This document shows, one piece after another, positions 27,411-30,802 of a stretch of 30,802 nt of DNA. This DNA is from a virus. Lineage: Duplodnaviria; Caudoviricetes. Below the pieces are notes generated by a model, which worked only from the letters and a program-made list of their open reading frames with translations, was not told the origin of the DNA and made no database searches. How positions within the stretch are numbered: position 1 is the stretch's first letter; every line of letters begins with the position of its first letter. The stretch is from IMG/VR virus record IMGVR_UViG_3300027828_000083, positions 1 through 30,802 of that record; one strand, 5' to 3'. Position numbers and translations under genes: made by a program.

Positions 27411-27531
27411 TCAGCCCCGCTTGTGGTCACTCCCACCCACCTTTTTTCAAATCCTTATTCGCAAAAAAAATCAACCGTCGCAAAGCCGGAGGTCTCCATT
27501 CCGGCCCAGAGGGAGCCGTGGCCCCGCCGTC
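27411..27531. other. Candidate cos/packaging-initiation region
   Basis: Non-coding gap between HNH and terS with a GC-rich block, inverted repeat GCCGGA/TCCGGC and A/T tracts; positional inference from lambda-like phages. Confidence 0.35.
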
Positions 27532-27771
27532 TCATCCATTCCATTGGGCCACCTTTTTGCAGACCGCGATGAACTCCTGCTGCGTCATTGTGCCCTTCAT
27601 CTTGTTCATTGCTTTTGAGACGATTTGCACGTTGCTCATCACGTGCTGGCCGCCCTTGCTTAGCGGTGTAATGTGATCCAGCGATGCTGCTTTCGGTGTC
27701 AACTTCTCGCCACTCAATGCACAGCGATACTCTTGCTCCTGAAGCATCCGCATCAGCCCTTTGCCTGACAC
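27532..27771 (-). CDS. Small HNH endonuclease
   Basis: RCALSG..SLDHITPLSKGGQH.MSNVQIV...NKMKG; GTG 27771 with AGGAGG at 27777-27782. ORF track extends to 27849. Confidence 0.85.
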   Translation of the reverse strand: MSGKGLMRMLQEQEYRCALSGEKLTPKAASLDHITPLSKGGQHVMSNVQIVSKAMNKMKGTMTQQEFIAVCKKVAQWNG

Positions 27772-28469
27772 CTTCTCCTCCTTGCTTTTCTGTCCATGCG
27801 TTTCCTCTGGTTTGAGCACATATTGTTCACTTTGGCCTGCCACTGACAAATCCCCTTTTTCACGATAACCATCTTCGCTGCAACTTCACCCCATGTTGGC
27901 CCGCCCGAATTCGTTACTTTTGAATCCGGCTTGCCTTGCAATCGCCTGTGAGCGTTCGAGTAAGCCATCGAATGCACACGCTCCCACCATTGCTCCTGTT
28001 CGCTCTGAGCTTTCGGGGGCTTTGCCAATCGCAACATGACGCCCCACCAACCACGGTGCCTCTTGCGTTTCTTCTGCTGCCTTTTCATCCACCGCCGAAT
28101 CCTGCCGCAATCACGCTTGGATTCGTTTCGGCATTCACTGCCGCAGAACTCTTTCCTTCGGCATGTCCTGTTGTTGATGCTGCTTTCAAACTCTGTTCCA
28201 CATCGCCTGCACTGCATCAATGGCATTGCTCGTGCTGCGTTCATGCACACGTGTGAGCAATAGCGTTGCGTGCTGCGCCACGGGATAAACAAGGACTCAC
28301 ATCGTGCACATTGGGATGCTCTGCACTGTCTTCGGCAGGCCGTGGAACAGAACGACCCGTCTTTCGGATTTGGTGAGCCTCGGTGCACGTAATGCACAAC
28401 CCCGCAGTTGTCACATCCCCTTGGCTCAGTCTTGCCGCCAGTTGGAACTAGCGGGTGTGCCTTGCTCAT
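27753..28469 (-). CDS. Protein with three CxxC...(F/Y)C(S/G)xxC Zn-finger repeats
   Basis: CDNC..FCSTAC, CARC..YCSHVC, CRRC..FCGSEC, then a basic Trp-containing C-half. Confidence 0.75.
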   Translation of the reverse strand: MSKAHPLVPTGGKTEPRGCDNCGVVHYVHRGSPNPKDGSFCSTACRRQCRASQCARCESLFIPWRSTQRYCSHVCMNAARAMPLMQCRRCGTEFESSINNRTCRRKEFCGSECRNESKRDCGRIRRWMKRQQKKRKRHRGWWGVMLRLAKPPKAQSEQEQWWERVHSMAYSNAHRRLQGKPDSKVTNSGGPTWGEVAAKMVIVKKGICQWQAKVNNMCSNQRKRMDRKARRRRCQAKG

Positions 28470-28825
28470 TCCATCACCCTCAATCGTGCCGTTCTGACCA
28501 GTGATTCACCCGCCGATGTCGTGGCTGTCACCTTGATGCGAACCGGTTCTGCCGTGCTTGCTATGGCTGTGCCCGCGCTGAGCTGGAACTTGATGCCCTC
28601 ATCCGCTGTGATGACTCTTGTGCCTGACCGCGTTGGCACTGTCGTGTTTGTGCTCAACACGGAAACAGTCCCGATGACCAACGCTGAATCATCCGCACAT
28701 GTGGCCGTTGCTGAACTGATAGTCTCTGACGGTGCGAGCATCGGCCCGAAGTCAACGTACCGTGTCAGGGTGTCGTCTACATGCTTGCAGATTGTGCCAT
28801 CCAAATCAGTGCACTGATCAGCCAT
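28466..28825 (-). CDS. Ig-like virion protein (fibre-tail adaptor-like)
   Basis: YVDF...L..SETISSAT...LSAGTA...IKVTATTSAG...VRT pattern. Confidence 0.6.
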   Translation of the reverse strand: MADQCTDLDGTICKHVDDTLTRYVDFGPMLAPSETISSATATCADDSALVIGTVSVLSTNTTVPTRSGTRVITADEGIKFQLSAGTAIASTAEPVRIKVTATTSAGESLVRTARLRVME

Positions 28826-28982
28826 TGTCTGAATCCTTGCTCACCTTGCAGACCCATACCCTCGACGTCTCAGGTGCTGCCCATACTCTGGACACCTCAG
28901 GAGCTACCCATCCGTCACGAGGGTCGACAGCAACCACCAGGCCGCCACCCTCGATCCCCATGTACGCATGCCAAAATCCCAT
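28818..28982 (-). CDS. Small hypothetical protein with internal repeat
   Basis: MGFWHAY...WVAPEVSRV-WAAPETSRV-W; fills gap between structural genes. Confidence 0.45.
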   Translation of the reverse strand: MGFWHAYMGIEGGGLVVAVDPRDGWVAPEVSRVWAAPETSRVWVCKVSKDSDNG

Positions 28983-28986
28983 TGCA

Positions 28987-30300
28987 TCACACCTTGCTTG
29001 TGAATCCAGCCACTGCAATCGTCAATGTCGTTGTTGCCGCTGAAGCATCATACGCAACCGCCGTATTTGCCGTCAGTGGAATCGGTGGCTCAAACGTGTG
29101 AGTCACCCCGCCCTCAGCAGGCACTGGCAGCGTCCACAACACCGCACCCGCTGCACCGTCTCGGATGTCCACCGTACGAAACGACGATGATGAGTTGCTG
29201 ATTGTCGCCTTAGTCAAGTAAATCCTGATACCCGCTCCCGGTGCCGCAAGCCCCGAAGCAAATGCCGTTGACGCCCCGTCTGTGTTTGTGTCCACCTCGG
29301 AAACCACGTCAGCCAGGTGACAGTGTGGCCGAGTGATGAGAACACCGTCCTCACCGGCGTAGAGGTCCGTCCGGTCGTCATCGTCCACCAGTGTCTGGTC
29401 GGTGATGCTGGTGACAGCTTTCGCGCCCATCTTGTGCGGATTGCCACTGTCAGCCGAACCGTGAGCAACGCCACTGCCCGTCAGCGTGTTGCACGTAAAT
29501 ACGGTGTTGATGCTGCCGATTGTCGCGGAACCGCTCGGCAGACTACCGACAACGTCAACCTGCATTTCCGAGCCGGAAACAGCCCCGGCAATCGTCGTAA
29601 TGTCCGCGTTGTCAATCGTCAGGCTACCGCTGTTGTCATCCACCGACACAACGCCGCTCGGCTTTGTCCACAATGCCCCGTTGGCATCAACCCGCAACCC
29701 GACCGCATCACCCTCAACTGGTGTCAGGCTGCTCAGTGCGTCATCGCGGATACCGACTGCGAGCGTCCCCGTTGGTGTGCTGCCAAGTGCCGCATCAACC
29801 GCGTATTGAGTCCCGCCACCGAATGACGTGATTTGTGTGTCTGACGCGTCGAAGATTGCCACCCGCATAACGTCGGTGGAACTGATTGTCGTGACCGGGT
29901 CGTCAATCGTCTGCAATGCCGTCAACGCTGACCCGTCAACCTGCACGGCGAATGTGCCGGCATTGGTGACAGCGTGTGAACCAACCGTGAGAGTGCCATT
30001 GATTGTCGTGTCAATACTGTCGAGCACTGCGTTGTCGGTGGCTGAGAGGTTAGCTGTTACCGTGCCACTGACAGGCTGTGTGACGCCGGAACCGTCTACG
30101 GTCACCGTATTGGTGATGCTTGTGACCGCTGTGAGCGTGCCCGTGACTGGCAATGGATTTGCCGACGAAACGTCACCGTCGTTTGTGCCATCAGCACCGA
30201 TGACGATTTTCGACCGCGGATACTTCACCCCGCTGATGTCATCAGTTGCGAGCGTGTCACCTGACCCCACCGCCGCCGATAGTTGCGTATTGTCTGCCAT
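28987..30300 (-). CDS. Fibre-like virion structural protein
   Basis: 437 aa, Thr/Ser/Gly/Asp-rich beta repeats (SSANPLPV, TQPVSGTVTAN) with a compact C-terminal domain. Confidence 0.65.
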   Translation of the reverse strand: MADNTQLSAAVGSGDTLATDDISGVKYPRSKIVIGADGTNDGDVSSANPLPVTGTLTAVTSITNTVTVDGSGVTQPVSGTVTANLSATDNAVLDSIDTTINGTLTVGSHAVTNAGTFAVQVDGSALTALQTIDDPVTTISSTDVMRVAIFDASDTQITSFGGGTQYAVDAALGSTPTGTLAVGIRDDALSSLTPVEGDAVGLRVDANGALWTKPSGVVSVDDNSGSLTIDNADITTIAGAVSGSEMQVDVVGSLPSGSATIGSINTVFTCNTLTGSGVAHGSADSGNPHKMGAKAVTSITDQTLVDDDDRTDLYAGEDGVLITRPHCHLADVVSEVDTNTDGASTAFASGLAAPGAGIRIYLTKATISNSSSSFRTVDIRDGAAGAVLWTLPVPAEGGVTHTFEPPIPLTANTAVAYDASAATTTLTIAVAGFTSKV

Positions 30301-30802
30301 TTATCCAACTCCGAGGAGCATTAAGTTTCCGGTTTGTGTCACACCGCCAGACGACGCAATCGCACCGCTCATGTCTGAATTTGTGTCTGCCGCTGAATCG
30401 TTCCCGCCGTCATTACTTGCAGCCACGCGGCACCGAATGAACTTACCGACATCTGCCGCCTGAAGCGTGTAAGTGCTTGACGTCGCACCTGCGATGTCCG
30501 CCTCACCAGTTCCGCCCGAATCGTTGCTGCGGGTCCACTGGTACGTATAGGTGACTGTGCCGTTACTGCCACCCGACCAGACACCACCCAAACCCCACGT
30601 GCCGTTGGTTGTGCTGAGCGTCTGGCCTTCGGTCTCTGTGCCGCTGATCGCTGGAGCCACAGTGTTGATAGGCTCAGGGCCGCCGCGAATCTCTGCCAGG
30701 TCGTCATCGTTGGCCACGACAAGGATTTCGGAAATCTCGCCGTTCCAGCGAAAATTGCCGTCCTGCCTCTGCCCGCCGTACAAATTCGTCGACGACGAGT
30801 CC
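30301..30802 (-). CDS. Virion protein with LamG-like end and Ig-like domain (5'-partial)
   Basis: Frame open to window edge; WNGEISEILV (LamG-like terminus), then NTVAPAISG..GQTLSTTNGTW..YTYQW.R..IAGATSSTYTLQAADVG..IRCRV.ASN. Confidence 0.75.
   Translation of the reverse strand, partial: DSSSTNLYGGQRQDGNFRWNGEISEILVVANDDDLAEIRGGPEPINTVAPAISGTETEGQTLSTTNGTWGLGGVWSGGSNGTVTYTYQWTRSNDSGGTGEADIAGATSSTYTLQAADVGKFIRCRVAASNDGGNDSAADTNSDMSGAIASSGGVTQTGNLMLLGVG

Noticed and set aside
28898-28909. GGGTAGCTCCTG resembling the RNA motif core at 24648-24658
   Set aside because: No enclosing P1/P3 stems; explained by the coding repeat.
1-30802. CRISPR array, tRNA, integrase/att, reverse transcriptase/DGR, IS element, holin-endolysin
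   Set aside because: No repeats, cloverleafs or catalytic motifs seen by eye; divergent versions or copies outside the window cannot be excluded.

Overview
A 30.8-kb segment of a tailed dsDNA phage or prophage, siphovirus-like (lambda gpA-type packaging, no tail sheath seen). Nearly all genes are on the minus strand and tightly coupled. In transcription order (right to left): extra virion/fibre-like genes; a Zn-finger protein and small HNH nuclease; candidate cos region; TerS, TerL; Zn-ribbon protein; a moron-like gene behind a structured RNA leader; gpW-like adaptor; lambda-type portal; fused prohead protease-major capsid; neck/tail genes; a short tape measure; hub and tail-tip genes. A promoter/attenuator then starts an early module: Zn-finger/sigma-70-like protein, small ORFs, YqaJ exonuclease, ERF, NinG-like HNH, MazG-like pyrophosphatase, SNF2 helicase, SPPF-type DNA methyltransferase and a DEAH helicase. 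No integrase, repressor, lysis cassette, tRNA or CRISPR was recognised, and the host cannot be assigned from the sequence alone. The most unusual signal is an apparent RNA-level regulatory layer: three intergenic modules with a GNRA-type mini-hairpin just before a terminator hairpin, two having CUGCA loops complementary to upstream sequence. One gates the sigma-like gene, which is also followed by a stop-codon-overlapping terminator and a multi-stem RNA. Two small hydrophobic ORFs missed by the ORF track were found, one antisense within the tail operon. All protein calls come from motifs and synteny read by eye; no searches were run.
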